Assembly (NCBI GenBank): GCA_000320545.1
Contig: ADNK01000421.1
Location: 68,044-132,043 of the forward strand
Origin: Bigelowiella natans CCMP2755
Taxonomy: Eukaryota; Protista; Cercozoa
Direction: 5' to 3'
Length of the DNA: 64,000 bases
A model generated the notes under the pieces. That model made no database searches. It was not told where the DNA came from and saw only the letters and a program-made list of their open reading frames with translations. Shown piece by piece: positions 26,324 to 40,306 of the stretch (position 1 is its first letter; every line of letters begins with the position of its first letter). Position numbers and translations under genes: made by a program.

Positions 26324-27910
26324 ATGCAGTACGACACCGAGGATCCCAGCATCATGGCTCATAAGGCCATCACCACGTTGGTTTGGTCGCTTTCAGTGAT
26401 TTCTTTGATTGTGGGGACATATTTAGTTACAAAGCAGCGTACCCACATCGTTGTTAGGACTAGAGGTTATTTATCAATTATCATCACGTCGGTTATCATG
26501 GCCGTATGGACAGCAATTCAATTGACGCGGATCTGGGAGTGGTTAGTTTCATGCTTTGCTATATTTCTCCTCGTACAGGTCGTGATCGCGGTAGTTTCAT
26601 GTGTAATATTTTACCGTACATATGAAATCCTGCACAAACTTGCGATGCAGCAGAAGGCTCAGCACTTGATGATGATAATTGCAAAAACCAAACACGGCGA
26701 TGATGTCGAAGAAGCTGTCGCTGCTGGTGCAGAAGAAATGGAAGAAACTTGGTGTCTCCGCCACATCGATCTTCTCCGTGGAAGGAATCGTTCAATCTAT
26801 ACTGTACTTCAGTTTATTTTGATCGTCGCTGCTTTCTTCGCCAATCCAAGCTCATATCAGTTTGGAGCCGATCCCAGTTGCTCGGTGAACAGTTCTCTGT
26901 ACACGGGAATCTTTCTTGTAGTCTTGTACCTCTTCGTGGCTTCAAGTTTCCGCTTTCTCGATGTTCAAGACAGCTTCCACATGATCGAAGAGATTTCATA
27001 CTGTGCTGTTGGGATAGTGATATCGTTCATTTTGCTCGCCATCATTGCTGCAATAGATGCTGGGACCGATTTGTCGGGGCAGACGGTGCGAGATCTTCAA
27101 GTAGACGTGGCAATAATCCAGCAACTTACTGTCGTTATTTCCATTGTCCTCATGCCTGCTCTGTGGGCACATGAGAAGGAAGATGAGGGCTCCTCTAAGC
27201 GCCTCAAGCCTGATCTTGTGATAGTCCTGGCGCACAAGGAAAGTTTAGAGTTGTTCAAAGCCCATCTTATCAAAGAATGGTCAGTGGAGAATCTTCTATT
27301 CTATCAAGATGTCACGACCCTCCAGATCCAGCGCCGTGAGAGAGGTGCAGAGAGGACCCTTATAAAAATCAAGGATCTCTACGAGAAGTACATCAGCAGT
27401 GACGCGCCATTTGAAGTGAATCTCAGTGGCCCCGTCTCTCAGCCTATCCACAAGTTCTTCAAGAAGGAGATGGTTGCAAAAGCTCTCGAAATCTACAGAA
27501 GCAGCCAAGGCTCTCGCAGGCATAAATCAGAAACCGCTGATTTCCTCGGGATTGTAAAAAAAATGGCCCTTACCGCTGCGAAGGGATCTGACGAAAAGGA
27601 GCAGCAGCATCACTCGAGTATGCAGCTAGTGTCCTTAGCAGACGAATGCTTGCAGCATTTTGATCTAGCGAAGAAGGAAATCTTCAGGCTCCTGAACAAC
27701 GATTCCTATAAGAGGTTTGTTGCCGACGAAGCAACTCAGCGGCACTTCCGCGAGTACAAGACAATGCTATTCCCCGAAAAGAAAACAAGGATCAATAAAG
27801 CACAATCAAGTTTGCAGCGCAGCCGGCATGATGTAACAAAAACAGAGGGAAAACACGCAGTGGAAGTAGAAATTAGTAGTATAAAAGTTCACAGGCTGGA
27901 AAGACACTGA
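26324..27910 (+). CDS. Intronless 7TM-RGS protein (AtRGS1-like architecture)
   Basis: About seven hydrophobic helices, then RGS motifs FKAHLIKEWSVENLLFY, YEKYISSDAPFEVNLS and IFRLLNNDSYKRF in a single 528-aa ORF. Confidence 0.9.
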   Translation: MQYDTEDPSIMAHKAITTLVWSLSVISLIVGTYLVTKQRTHIVVRTRGYLSIIITSVIMAVWTAIQLTRIWEWLVSCFAIFLLVQVVIAVVSCVIFYRTYEILHKLAMQQKAQHLMMIIAKTKHGDDVEEAVAAGAEEMEETWCLRHIDLLRGRNRSIYTVLQFILIVAAFFANPSSYQFGADPSCSVNSSLYTGIFLVVLYLFVASSFRFLDVQDSFHMIEEISYCAVGIVISFILLAIIAAIDAGTDLSGQTVRDLQVDVAIIQQLTVVISIVLMPALWAHEKEDEGSSKRLKPDLVIVLAHKESLELFKAHLIKEWSVENLLFYQDVTTLQIQRRERGAERTLIKIKDLYEKYISSDAPFEVNLSGPVSQPIHKFFKKEMVAKALEIYRSSQGSRRHKSETADFLGIVKKMALTAAKGSDEKEQQHHSSMQLVSLADECLQHFDLAKKEIFRLLNNDSYKRFVADEATQRHFREYKTMLFPEKKTRINKAQSSLQRSRHDVTKTEGKHAVEVEISSIKVHRLERH

Positions 27911-28093
27911 ACAGACACTGTCACATCAAATACAGTCAATACTCAAGAATATGTTCATTTCTGGATTGGATAATGTTAATATAAGTTTCTTCAGATTCTC
28001 GCTTTTTTTTTTCCCCCGTTTATTCTCTATTCAGTGTCCTGTCTCCATTCTGTGTAGACTAATAGACGACGTGTATAGCAGATACTATGTCTA

Positions 28094-28133
28094 TAAGACG
28101 GATGTAATCAATTAACTTAAATTTGCTCAATAG
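28094..28133 (-). mobile_element. Short LINE 3'-terminal remnant
   Basis: The minus strand reads CTATTGAGCAAATTTAAGTTAATTGATTACATCCGTCTTA, matching the ends at 15775-15815 and 48830-48865. Confidence 0.6.
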
Positions 28134-28279
28134 CTACGTCTATTACTACGCTAAAAATTACTCTGCATGTGTCATTCCTCCTGTTGTGACTATCATCCTC
28201 AACAACGATACCATATGCGAATAATTGTCTTTTTACTATTTCTCAAGATTAAATTAATGTAATTAAAGTATGACATTGT

Positions 28280-28665
28280 GTAAGTAGCACTAGGGTACCA
28301 ATGCGCAATTCAAAAAACTGGCTGAAATTGAACACATGCTTGCGCTTATTTTCGCCTAGTTACGTTGTTATGTTGTGGTGCCATGCTACCGCCGCCATGT
28401 GCATGCACGTACGTGACAAAATTGTGGCACATGTAGCTACATGTGCTGTGCTAACCCTGGTAGGCGCACGCGCACACATCATTTCCTTGACCACATTTTG
28501 CATCTTGCTACGATTCACATGCAGGTTGCACAGCCAGCAATAACGCAGCGCACAGTTATCACTGCATAGTAGTCCAGCACATATATAGTGCATTTTACTT
28601 GATGTTTGCACCATTCTCACAACAAATCATTCAGCGCGAGGCTCTCTAGCTCTCGCTGCAAGTGC
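28280..28665. repeat. Altered island (CATG/TGCA/GCAC-rich) in a convergent spacer
   Basis: Strong CA/TG alternation (catgtgcatgcacgtacgtg, cacatgtagctacatgtg) between the RGS and CLAMP-like stops. Confidence 0.55.
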
Positions 28666-28797
28666 TAAAAATCATGCCGTACGTACTCGAATTGTTAGGG
28701 AATGAACATCGTTTTCATAAAACTGTCTCCTACCCCCCCTCAAAGGCAAGCACTCAATATTATTTGGGGAAACCTAATTTTTGTAACAGGAATACTT

Positions 28798-30824
28798 CTA
28801 TAATCCTACTGCTTTTAGGTCTTGTGAGCTCACCTTCATTCCATTCTTCAATTGGCTAGTTAGATCTTCGATTTTTTTGGATAACTGTAAAACAGGATCA
28901 ATTTTTTACTAGTTGTGCATACCACAAACGAAAAAATATAGACACCTCTGACATTTCAACGTCTCCCCCCCCCACCCCCCTCTCTTTCTCTCTCCACATG
29001 TGTGCTGTGCGAGTGTTATGCAGATAATAAAAAAATTTTGCCCGTAATTGATTCTAACACGTTTAGTAAGTGGGGAAAATTGTATTGTGATGGATCAACA
29101 ACGTACTTGCGCCTCTTTTTCTTCCAGGCTCTTCTGCATTCTTTCTTGGATGGTGTCAATCTTTATCTTCAATTGAGTGGCAACCTTTGCTGATTTTGCT
29201 TTACTCTAATAAAAAGTAATGAATTTTAGGCTTTGTGTCACATTCTCCATGTAATGAATAGGAATCGCAGTTTTACTTCGATTAATTTTGTAATGCTCTT
29301 AAAAGTGTCCTTCTTCAGCTCACTTTCCACCTCTTCAGCTGTCTGCATAAATTATGTACACGCCAATGAATTTTCAAAAGGAGCAAAGTTTATTCCTTTT
29401 CCTGTGATCTGAAGCCCACGCAAAAATTAGCATCTCTGTGGAATGTTTGTGGACCTTTTCCTCAGCGCGATCTAGGTTATAATTTTCCTCGGCGTCCTCG
29501 AAATTTAAGCGAAAATGCACCGTTTTTTTATCCTGATGAAAATCCTGAAAACGCAACAGTCAACAAATGTGATGTTTTGAAATCTCAATGAAGCTATTGC
29601 ATACTTAAAGGTATTTGCGCATGCGTCCGTGTTACACAGGTGATAGCAAACATATTTGTTCCCTCGTGTTAACCAAGCTGAATGTTCGGATTACCATACC
29701 TCGGAAAAAGCGGCTTTGAGGAGCGAAAAATGGGAGAACAAATGCTGCTTTGTATAATCGATTATATTCCTTTTTTGCGTGGGTGTGAAGACATCAGGCG
29801 CTTTCCTCTCCTAAACAATATTTTAAGTAAATGTTACTGAAACCAAATACGTCCATATTTATATGTCGTGTAGAAAAAGTCACTTTCAAAATTTTACTCT
29901 ACGGTAGAATTACATATGCACGAAATATAATTTATAATCTCCCAACAGGTACCTTCGCGTCATTGGATTTTGGATCAATTAGTATGCTTTTTAGATGTTG
30001 CATCGCTTGCTCAACTGTAGATTTAGGTTCTGATATTTCATTGCAGGGGGGGGTGGAGAGAACTTAAGAACGAAGGAGCTCGTTGATGGTGAATTCAATA
30101 AGATATTGCATTCTTCGTATCTTCTTGTCATCTACGAAGGAAATATACCTTCTATTATTCCTTTGAGCTGCATAATAAGCTCATAGAATATCTTGGTTTG
30201 CTCTTGGGAGAATTTGAGATCCCTTGATGCACTGCCATTTAGATAGATAGATACCCATTATTTTCAGCATATTGTAATTCAATGCATTTACTTAAAAATC
30301 ATTGTCTAGTGAGTCGCATCACTAATTGTCGCTTAGTACCATAATGTCAGAAAGCTGAAGTCTACGACGAGAGAGTCACGGCATACCCCTGGCCCATCCG
30401 CTAGACCGAATATCTCAGATGATTTCTTTCTTTGTGTAGCAGTCTCATTTTCTTTCCAGATCTCTGCCAGTCGATCCTGTGTTATAAACAATTAGAACAC
30501 GAAGATTACTACGGGTTAGAAGAAGCTGAAATTTTAAATTTATTAGTCCATTACGAAAGTGTCTGTTTTGGGTGCTTTCTCTTCAACTTCCCCAGCGTCA
30601 TCTACTCACAGAAGCAAATATTGAAGGTGTAAATTGGGAGGACGTTTTCTATCAAGTGCTAATTATTATGTTTTCTGCCGTCCTCCACAATCAAACGTTC
30701 GCGCAAATACAGAAGGTAATAATAGCCACTACTTGACCGCGAGTCAGTGTCCCTGCACCCTAATGCTTCTTTCTAAGACAAGGGCAACGAGCCCATAGGA
30801 CAAAACCCATCGCGTACCTGCCAT
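28798..30824 (-). CDS. CLAMP/C1a-32 (CFAP119/C8orf74-like) flagellar protein, multi-exon
   Basis: SLVVDFSFLTLCASRDLKFSQEQTKIFYELI and FTPTQKRNIIDYTKQHLFSHFSLLKAAF resemble family motifs. Coiled-coil C-terminus. Start is uncertain. Confidence 0.55.
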
Positions 30825-31370
30825 TTCGGACGTTTCAGTACTAAGAAAAAAATCAGCGATATTTACAACATTTTGTTGTCGCAGACGGAAAATACGTTCC
30901 TTTCAATAGCCGCAAAAATAAGGCATAAGTTGGACTCCGACTTCCGGTTTTTGGATTCCGGATGGTGTACTCGTAGTTACAAACCCCCCTATGTTTCTTT
31001 TGGTAGATAGTAGGGGAATAATAAAAAATCTGAGTCAAAGAGGTTCAAAACGGCATCCGTTTAATGTTAACAATAGGCCCATATTTGTTGTCGTAATAGT
31101 AAAATGCACTGGCCAAGAAGTTGCACTATCCGATCTGCCACGCGACCTCCATTCCATTAACGATCGTTGTCCCTGCTTCACTGCAGGGATAATGACTTGT
31201 AAACGGACCTTACGCCCTATATCTTTGATAGATCTATCCCAGAGAAGTATATAGCATCCATACTTATGCAAGGTGAGGGAGAAATGAAGACTCTTTTCTT
31301 TTGGTTTCGGGCCTCCTAATCTCTTTTTTGAAAAATTGCTTTTGGTTCTATTTCTCTTCTCACAGCTTTC

Positions 31371-32247
31371 ATGGAGAAGGTTGGTGGAAATGAAGTTGAA
31401 GCAACCGTATCGGAAAACTGTGCCTCGGGATGCGAATATGTTACGAGTGTTGTCAAAGTGGCCTCATACAAGGATCGTGAAGTGTCTTTCTGCGTCGAAG
31501 AGAGATACAAAGTTGATGAACTTATAGGTACTAATGCAAATGAAGATCTGACCCAACGCAACCCTTCCACGTTCCTACTGAAATGAAGTATACCTTAAAA
31601 AAGCCCGACCATTGATGATTCCCATGGTTGGATTTAAAGGAGGTTTAATGTTGTTATCTTAGGTACGGGGTCATACGGGTTCGTGTGCTCAGCAATTGAT
31701 CTAGCGACACACAAGGTTTGGTGCAAGTGGCGACCGCCACTCGACTCTAGTTATCAGTATTGTTTAATAGTTATGCTTCTTCTTGTTCTGGTTCTTCTTG
31801 TTCTTCTTCTTGCGAATGAATTCACATTGTGCCCTGCGACAACTGTGTAGTCCGTTGCAATCAAGAAGATCACCCCGATTGATCATACGGTGTTGCTGCA
31901 GAGAGCGCTACGAGAATTGGTAGTGCATATGTATTGCTGCATCCCTTCATTTCACAGCGATGATACCCACCATTTATTAGTTGAAATAGTAGTTCATAGA
32001 CCATACATATAGGCCCTCACCAATATAATCATTATCATCATCATTCATTATCAACAATAAGGTATTCCTTCGAATGCTCTCACATCCCAACGTCGTCTCT
32101 TGCCAACGAGTCATGCGTCCTAAGGTAATTGGGTGGGGGAAAGGAAATATTCATGGCTGAAAACGGCACATTCGATGCTAAAATGCTAACAACTGTGAAA
32201 TTGTCGCATGTTCAGGATTCGATAGGACATGCATCCATCCTTTTTAC

Positions 32248-32298
<51 letters not shown>

Positions 32299-32895
32299 TA
32301 TATTCATTTATATTTGAATCAGAATGGGATTAGATTCGAGGCTCTGTATTGTATCATGGAGAGGATGGTAACAGTCTGCTTTTGATAGAAGAAAACAACA
32401 AAGAAAAGAAATTTATCATTACATACAAAAACTAATAACATGATCGATCTTATTCTTCGATATCGTGAGCAGCTGTTGCGTAACCGTTTCGTGAAAAAAT
32501 GACACAGTTGTTTCACATAAATTCCATCCGAGTCGCTTATGTATAGTCCTCCTCCTTTTTACTGGATCTTTCTCACACATAATATTTCTAAGAAACAATT
32601 CTTGCTTAATATTGTTTTTTTATAAAACCATCCACATGCACATCATTTGATGCATGGTAGGAAGTCGATCTGTGCACCGTTTTAAGATCCAACCAGCCGC
32701 TCTCCGAACAGCATTGCAGCTACTTTGTTTACCAGGTGCTGCTCTTTCTGTCTATCCTGCTTTCTGCTATGGGGCTGCTTTAGAAGCTGACCCTCTTGCC
32801 AACACTACTACTATCACTAACTATCACTGCTACTACCACTACAACTACTATTTCAACTTCATATACTGCTAGTGTTGATGATGATCGAAATATAC

Positions 32896-32937
<42 letters not shown>

Positions 32938-35152
32938 CAGAATTTTCTGCATCATCTTCACTCCTCTTCAATTTTCTTCTTCTTCATTTTCTCATTATGC
33001 TGTCTGTGCGCGTGTATGTAGTTGCTTTGTGGCCTGCACTATCTCCACTCTGCTGGTGTTATTCACCGCGACATCAAGGTCCATACAAATGCAGCCACTA
33101 GTCCTACTACTATCATCAGCAGTCATCGTATCCTCATCATCCTTATATACGCAGAACATTGCCTTCAGTGCACCATACTTAACATGCATTCATATCTGCG
33201 CGGTATATGCGTTGACAGCCCACCCGTATTTTTTAAAAATATTTTATTTATATCAGCCCCGGAATCTTCTCGTCAACTCCGACTGTGATTTGAAGATTTG
33301 CGACTTCGGTACGTAGCAATTGAAAGAACTCCTACTACCTACTTACTACTACTACTACTACTACTATAGTTGTTGTGGTATTGATGTCCTCACCGTCACC
33401 ACCATGTGAGGGTGCATTGACAAATGATCGTGAGTAGTGGCAGTAGTTTAATCGTGCTGCGAAACCCCATTTCACTTGCTGCAGCACTGTCGCAGAACTA
33501 AGCTGTTTGAAGGAAGAGAGAGACTGAGAGAGCGAGAAAGAGAGAGAGCGAGAGAGTCTTAAAGGCGTCGCATCCGCTGCTGCTACATGTACCCACCCCC
33601 ACCCATGCCCACATGATGATGATCAATCACCACAGGTCTAGCTCGCACAATGGCTGCATCCGCGAAATCTCCGCGATTCGGAGACCGATTTGGCCTGAGG
33701 AGAGGGGGGGGGGGAGGAGGAAGAGGAGAGTATTTGGGCAGGAACCTTCTAAGAACACCACTTCTGTCATCATCATCTTCTTCTTCCTCGTCTTCATCGT
33801 CGGCGGCAGCATCGTCAAGTTCTCAGCAGAGCAAGAATGATGATGGAAAGCACCCGCAACAGCTATCAAGGATAAAACCTGCCTCAGCTAGAGAATTGAA
33901 TGAGGAGAAATCGGGAGGGGGAGGAGGAGGAGGAGGGGGAGCACCAACTGCGAGCAGCAACTATAGTAATTGTTCCCGTGACATCGATGGTGATGGTGAG
34001 GGTGAGGATGATGATGATACGACTGGTGGTGGTAACGATGAGTCTACTGACGATGCGAAACGACAAGACTACAAAGAGGCTCCTGATCCTTCCGATCCCA
34101 TGTCCGGAGAGATAATGACGGTTTGGTATCGGCCTCCTGAGCTATTCCTCACATTAGACTACCAAAGGTACGTGCGTACGTTCGTCGTAGCTGCTGCTAT
34201 TGGCATCTTTTCGTCGCATTAGCTAGAGTAATCATGAGGAGGATTGCTCGCTACATCTCTTGGCCTTCTGATTTCAGAAACATTTGAAATGTGACTTATT
34301 CTCTCCTTCTCCTACTCCTTCCTCTCCTCCCCCCCCTCTCTTGATGCGTAGCTATAATAGTTCCATCGATATCTGGGGAGCAGGGTGCGTAATGGGTGAA
34401 ATAATGAAGCGCCGATCACTCTTTCAAGGTGCCTTTCTATCTCTTTAAACATGCACCGCATTCATTTGATTACGCAAGAAGCTTATCATCAGCAAATTTA
34501 TCAAAACACTTAGGTGAGAGAGAGGAAGACGTGTTGATAAAGATATTGAAGTTCCGCACACCAGTCGAAGGCCTTAGAACAATAATTCCAGAGCTTCGTC
34601 GCAAGCATATAAAAACCGAGGAAGAGGAGGAGTGGGGAGACGATGTCTTCTCTACTCAAACATTTTCTGTTGAAAAACAGATACAGCAGCTTCTACAAGA
34701 AGGTCACCTATTCGTTCCTATATTTTTGTCACTTGCCGCCATAATCACCATCAGCATCATTAGAAACTGTTCAAATCAAAATCATGCTCGGTGTAAGGTG
34801 TGCATGATAATGTCGGTGATGATGAAGAAATCAACTTCCACCTCCCTTCAGAGTAGAAGCAGCCGCGACTATTATCTTATCATCCAATGCGCCACACGTA
34901 CTTAGCCCTGAATGGAGACGAAGAAGAGGAAAAGTCCACGCTAAGTAGCAGCAGCAATAGCAGCACCATCAACTCACTCGAAGGAGGAGAAATGATGCCA
35001 AAACGCACAACGCGCAGTGGTAGCGCCCACACGGCGAGAGGCGACGTAGAAGAGGCCGATGATGGAGCTGGTTGCAGTACTAAAAATCGTGAAGCACTGA
35101 GAAGGTAATGGAACGTTTACCTCTCACCCCTCACCCACTTTCCTTCACCAAT

Positions 35153-35187
<35 letters not shown>

Positions 35188-35768
35188 GATCAGTGATAGA
35201 TGGGCTCAAAAAGGTGAGCAGAGTTGGTTGTTCCTTGTCTTAGGTTGATCAGCTCAATTAATGAAGTAGAAGGTGACGATGACGTGGGGAAGAGAGAAGA
35301 TGGCGAAAGCGATAAGCACAATCCGTCTACTAGCGCTGATGCCACGGTGAATCATATCTGTGACTTCTTCTTCCTCTTCTGTTTGAATAATCTGCCATTT
35401 GCCTGATCTAATACAATGCAGATCAATCACTAAATGTGTGTTGAAGCAGTAACTTTGATTGGTATATCTCCTTATTCTCAGTCTGTATATTCATTTCAGG
35501 TGTCAGAAAGCGCGCTGAACCTGATAGATGATTTACTTCAATTTCGACCATCCAACAGGCCGACAGCAAAGGTCCCCCACTACTACTTCCCTCCTCTCTC
35601 ACTCTTCCTCTTTGTCTCTGATCATCACTCATCTAATTTCAAAGCGGTATATATTCTGACTGAAGTTGATTGCTCCCTGTGTTCTCCCTTTGTCATTAGG
35701 TTGCATTAGCCCGATCATACTTCGACGCCTTTCGGAGCAGGTGTGTACATCACCGCACAAAATGCATC

Positions 35769-35820
<52 letters not shown>

Positions 35821-36421
35821 CACCTGCACATGCTTTCTAGATACTTATGTGATCTGTGCCCTATATGGGAAGATAGGGAGTTCCAAGTAGCCAAATAGCA
35901 CCATGTAATCATTAACATATTAAACACCTGCTAACATCTTCACAGATCCCGGGAAAAGCAGTGGGAGGGACCGCCTCTGTTCTCCTCGAGAGTATTTGAT
36001 TTCGAAAGGCAAAATAGAAGGAAAGGGGCCATCAAAGGCTTTACTTCTGATCGAGCGCTCAGAGGTCAACGAGGAGCTGCTTTTGGCAGCATGCATTACA
36101 CGCATTTACATAGTAGTAGCATAAAGGAGGGAGTCTGTACCGAAGTCCCTCTCGGTTGGGGTTGTTGATCGTGACTTTGTGCCTCGTTTTACATTCCACA
36201 GAAAGAATCATGGCCGAAATCACGCAATACTACAAGAGGATTACGAAGGGTAAATTGCTGCGCTGCGTTAGACCACTACGTGGTTGCATCGTTGAATTGC
36301 GTCATCCTGCGTGATGCGATACACTTTTCTTATGTAAAAAATTGTTTGTATTCTAGATGATGTGGTGAAGTGGCAACAAAAGACGGAATTATCAAAAGCG
36401 CTGGAGGGTATCAGTTTCTAG
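31371..36421 (+). CDS. Atypical MAP kinase (CMGC), many exons
   Basis: [84 protein letters not shown] and LLQFRPSNRPTA. Confidence 0.92.
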
Positions 36422-36699
36422 CGTCTGAAGAGCGAGAAAATCAGCCAGATTGATAGCCTGCCCAGCTCAATAACTTAAGAAATAATAAATTCTAGAGAAT
36501 CCAACATTGTCGATCTTACCACGTGCTACCTACTCTGTATGTGCATCGTAGCTGGTATATAAGAGTGGCAATTAAAGGCCTCGCATAGTATCTATCAAGG
36601 AAATTAGTGATGCGGCGCTAGGCTATGGATAAAGAACTCTCCGCGGTGAACAAGCCTGAAGTCGGTGCTTTGGAAAAGACATACATGAAAACACCGATA

Positions 36700-37350
36700 A
36701 TAAGGCTAGAAGGATTGCATCATTGTCAATTGCTAGCTCGCAAGCATTGACTCTAGCCAGCGCTACGACTGTGCATGTGAGTCTAGGAGTCTACTAAGCA
36801 CGCTAGCACTACTAGAGCACGCTAGCACGCCTAATGAGAAGAGCGCGAAGCATCCTTGTTTAGCTGTCGTCGTCTAGAGCTGCGCATGTTAATTGCATAG
36901 CTTAGCTCAGCCTTGCGATCATGCGCATCCTGCCCGCCGCTGACATGATCAACCGATCTACACATTTTGTGATTCTAAGCTATCGCTTGCTAGCTATAGC
37001 TGCTCTAGTGCTGTTCATTATAATAAACTCTAGATCTTACCATCGCCCTTATAGAAAATATCTAATGACAAACGAATAGTAGTGACTAGTAACGTTGCAG
37101 AGGCATTCACATGTTCACATGTCTAGATGTCGTCAAAGTCACTAGATGTGCATTGCAGCATGCGCGTCTATGAGTACAAACTTTCAAATCTGAGGTGCGC
37201 AGCCAAATAAATAAGCCAAAAATAAACAGGACCTGCTAGCCTGCATGCAAACAAATGCGTAATGCAAATCAGCGATCATTACATACAGGTGACTCTATGC
37301 TTTTACGCGATACGATCCATCTGGGAAATGATGTCTAGATAGCGCGCACT
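36700..37350. repeat. CTAG-rich altered island in a convergent spacer
   Basis: Dense CTAG/GCTAGC/GCATGC between the MAPK and BAR-SH3 stops. Confidence 0.75.
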
Positions 37351-37445
37351 GGCCATGCCAGACGACAGCCTTCTTGGTGAAATTAGCAGGAAATTTATAA
37401 GACGGAATCTCTTCTAGTATGTTGAATAATGCTAATTGGAATAAC

Positions 37446-39657
37446 TTACAACACATGTGGTTGGGTATAATTACAAGGAAACAATCCTGCCATCTTATTC
37501 TCAATTACCCCCATCCACCAACCGCCCTCCTTAATCTCTAGAACTTGAATCATATCGCCAGCTTTGAATGAAAGCTCATCGTTATTTCGGGCTGTGTAGG
37601 GGTACATGGCTATTTCATAGTTTTTAATAACTGTGGCCTCATACTCCTCGGAACTAGGAGCATATAGCCGATGCCGCCTTTCGAAAGAATCACTCGTATC
37701 GAATGGAGGATTATTATATCTGAAAAAGACATACTCGATAAGTAGTAGTACCCTGTTGCACGATCATACTAATTGGCGAATGAAACAGTGGAGGAGTCAT
37801 TATCAAAGCACGTGTAATGTGTGCGCGCGCGCTTGATGCGTCTGCAAAATAGAAAAGACTTTGGCTGCTACTACCACCACTGCTACTAGCACCACTACTA
37901 CTACTACTACTACTAAGTATAAATACATTCGGAGTTCCTCGGGATGATTTTCGGGTGCAGATGCTGTCGAAAATTTCTCCTTGATATCTACAGTGCTGGG
38001 AGAAACTGACGAAGAAGTTTCAGCTTCTAACCGGTCTTCGAGTTCCTGTTGATAATAATATATGACAAGAAAATTATAACATACACACCCCGACTCCTCG
38101 CTATTATCACTCAATATACACTACAACAACAACTACTACTACTGCTACTACTAGTAGTAGCAACCACCTTAACATTTTTCTTCATTGCTTCAACTCTGGT
38201 ACGGAATGTATCAGGCGCCTTCTCCACGACCCCCTTCAGTGTGGCTATCGTATTCTAATAATATATCAATATCAATATCAATATCAATATCAATATATAT
38301 ATATTATATATGAAGGTTTGCTCTTTGTGAAAACAATGTCGCCGCTGGAAAATATTTTGGTGGCAAACGACACATTTCTCTCTTCCTAACCTTCAAACGT
38401 TCCATCTGCTTCTCAGGAGGCACGCAGAATTTCATCTAAGGATGCGAGTAGTGAAATAAAGAATCCATAGAACTTTAATCGTATCTAGAGCTTCGTTTTT
38501 GAAGAAACCTGTACATCGATGACGTAATGTATGTAGTGATCAAGCATCTGTTCCCGGTAATTCATATAATCCTGATAACACACACGCACAGTCGATTAGA
38601 CAGAAAAGGAAATATTTTCACAAATTCCTTAAGGATGGCACCTGAAACATGTCTATGAGATCATCGTTAATTTTATTGAAAACAGATTCAGCCTTCTGCA
38701 TTTTCAGTACCTGTCATCATAAAAGAAAAGAAAGCAAGGATTCAACAATAAATTTTACATCAGTTTACTGCTGCGACAAGAGGAGTCGGCTGACTTTTTT
38801 GTGGTATTTAGATCCTGTTTTCTTGGAGGATTCGACTGATCTTTTGTAGGACATTAAATCGATTCTCTTGTTGTTTCGTTTCTTCACAATCTGATGACAC
38901 ATAACAGACACACCCACACACACGTCTTGTTTCTGTACTATTCCATTTAATTGTGCAATATTCGGGAGATTACTTTCTTTATTATTGGGAAATATTCGAT
39001 ATGAATTCCCACTGCCTTTACGACATTTTCCTCAAGAGATGCAACGTGCTTTCTACAAGACGTTCGTCTCTCCTTTCCTAGATCCAGATAGGTATTTATT
39101 TCCTCCCTTCATATAGGATGATAAAAGATGATCATCATATCATCAATTGTTTGGGGCATTGATATAACAGCCTTTCAACTATTGATCATAACGGACCGGT
39201 GTTTAGAATTTGCATCGAAGAAGTATAGCAAGTCCCCAGCGATCACATTTTGAAGCTCACAGCTTTCTAAATAAAGATGGGATAGATAAATAATACACAC
39301 AAACACACACGAGCGCGCTGGGCGCCTAAATCTACGTGAAAGTTTTACAGACTTTGTAAAGATTTGCAGTAATTGATGACATGATCCTGGAAGGTCTTGA
39401 GAGAAGATTCTGAAATGTAGTACGATCTCAGTTTTAGAAGCTGCTTCCAAATACCCGTGATTTTTTATTACCAACGCCAAGATAGTGCCGATATAGTTCT
39501 TGAAATTCCTCGTCTCCCTCTAAATTAAAATTTTATTGAGCACTAAAAATTTCCCCATAAGGTTAGGAGAACCTCCAAAGTCGCTGCTTGACCCTCCTTG
39601 CATCCATCTTCGCCGTGATGCTTTAAATTTCTTCTTGAGAGATTTAAACGCTTGCAT
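37446..39657 (-). CDS. BAR plus SH3 domain protein (amphiphysin/Rvs167-like)
   Basis: BAR exons DEEFQELYRHY, LKTFQDHVINYCKSL, IVKKRNNKRIDLMSY and AESVFNKINDDL. Terminal SH3 AMYPYTARNNDELSFKAGDMIQVLEIKEGGWWMG..GLFPCNYT*. Confidence 0.88.
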
Positions 39658-40306
39658 GGTGTTCTTTCTACACCCACCCTTTCCTGAGTAAGTGATGTGA
39701 TGAGCGTTCGATTTTCACCTTCAACTTTTATATCCTCTCCTACTTTCTATTATTCCCCTCCTCTTATATACAATTGCTTTGTTGTCCTCCTCCAGCGGCA
39801 AGATTCTACACGAGTACAGGAGGAGGGTGGATCAACTTTAATGAACAGATCCTTTTTGTGAAAGAAAGCATGCGATAAATCGACGACGACAACAAATAAA
39901 ATGCACTATTACGTGGAATTTGATATTTCGAATAATTCCGAGCAAGGCAATCCGTCTGCTGAAACTTTTAATTGATAAAGGAAAAGGAGCGATGATGATA
40001 ATTTGGTGTAGTAATTAGGACATAAATATTGGATGTTTTCGGTTCGGATGGTAACAAAACAAAAAAGATAGAGTGAATGAATAAATAAGTAAAAATGGAT
40101 CATCGTCGCCGTCGTCCTTATCGTCATCATCATCAACAACCGGAAGGCGCATGATCTTGGTGTAAATGCCCTATATTTTACCTCCTGCGACAATCAAATA
40201 TACTACGTCTTACGTGTGTTCTAACATTAAGAGGTGTTGCGCTACTCCTCCTTCCTGTTGCTATCATCATCATCATCATCATCATCATCGCCATCGCCGT
40301 CTACTA

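Noticed and set aside
36540-36720. Possible LINE reverse-transcriptase remnant (YK-VAI-RPRI)
   Set aside because: Needs several frameshifts; too weak to call without a search.
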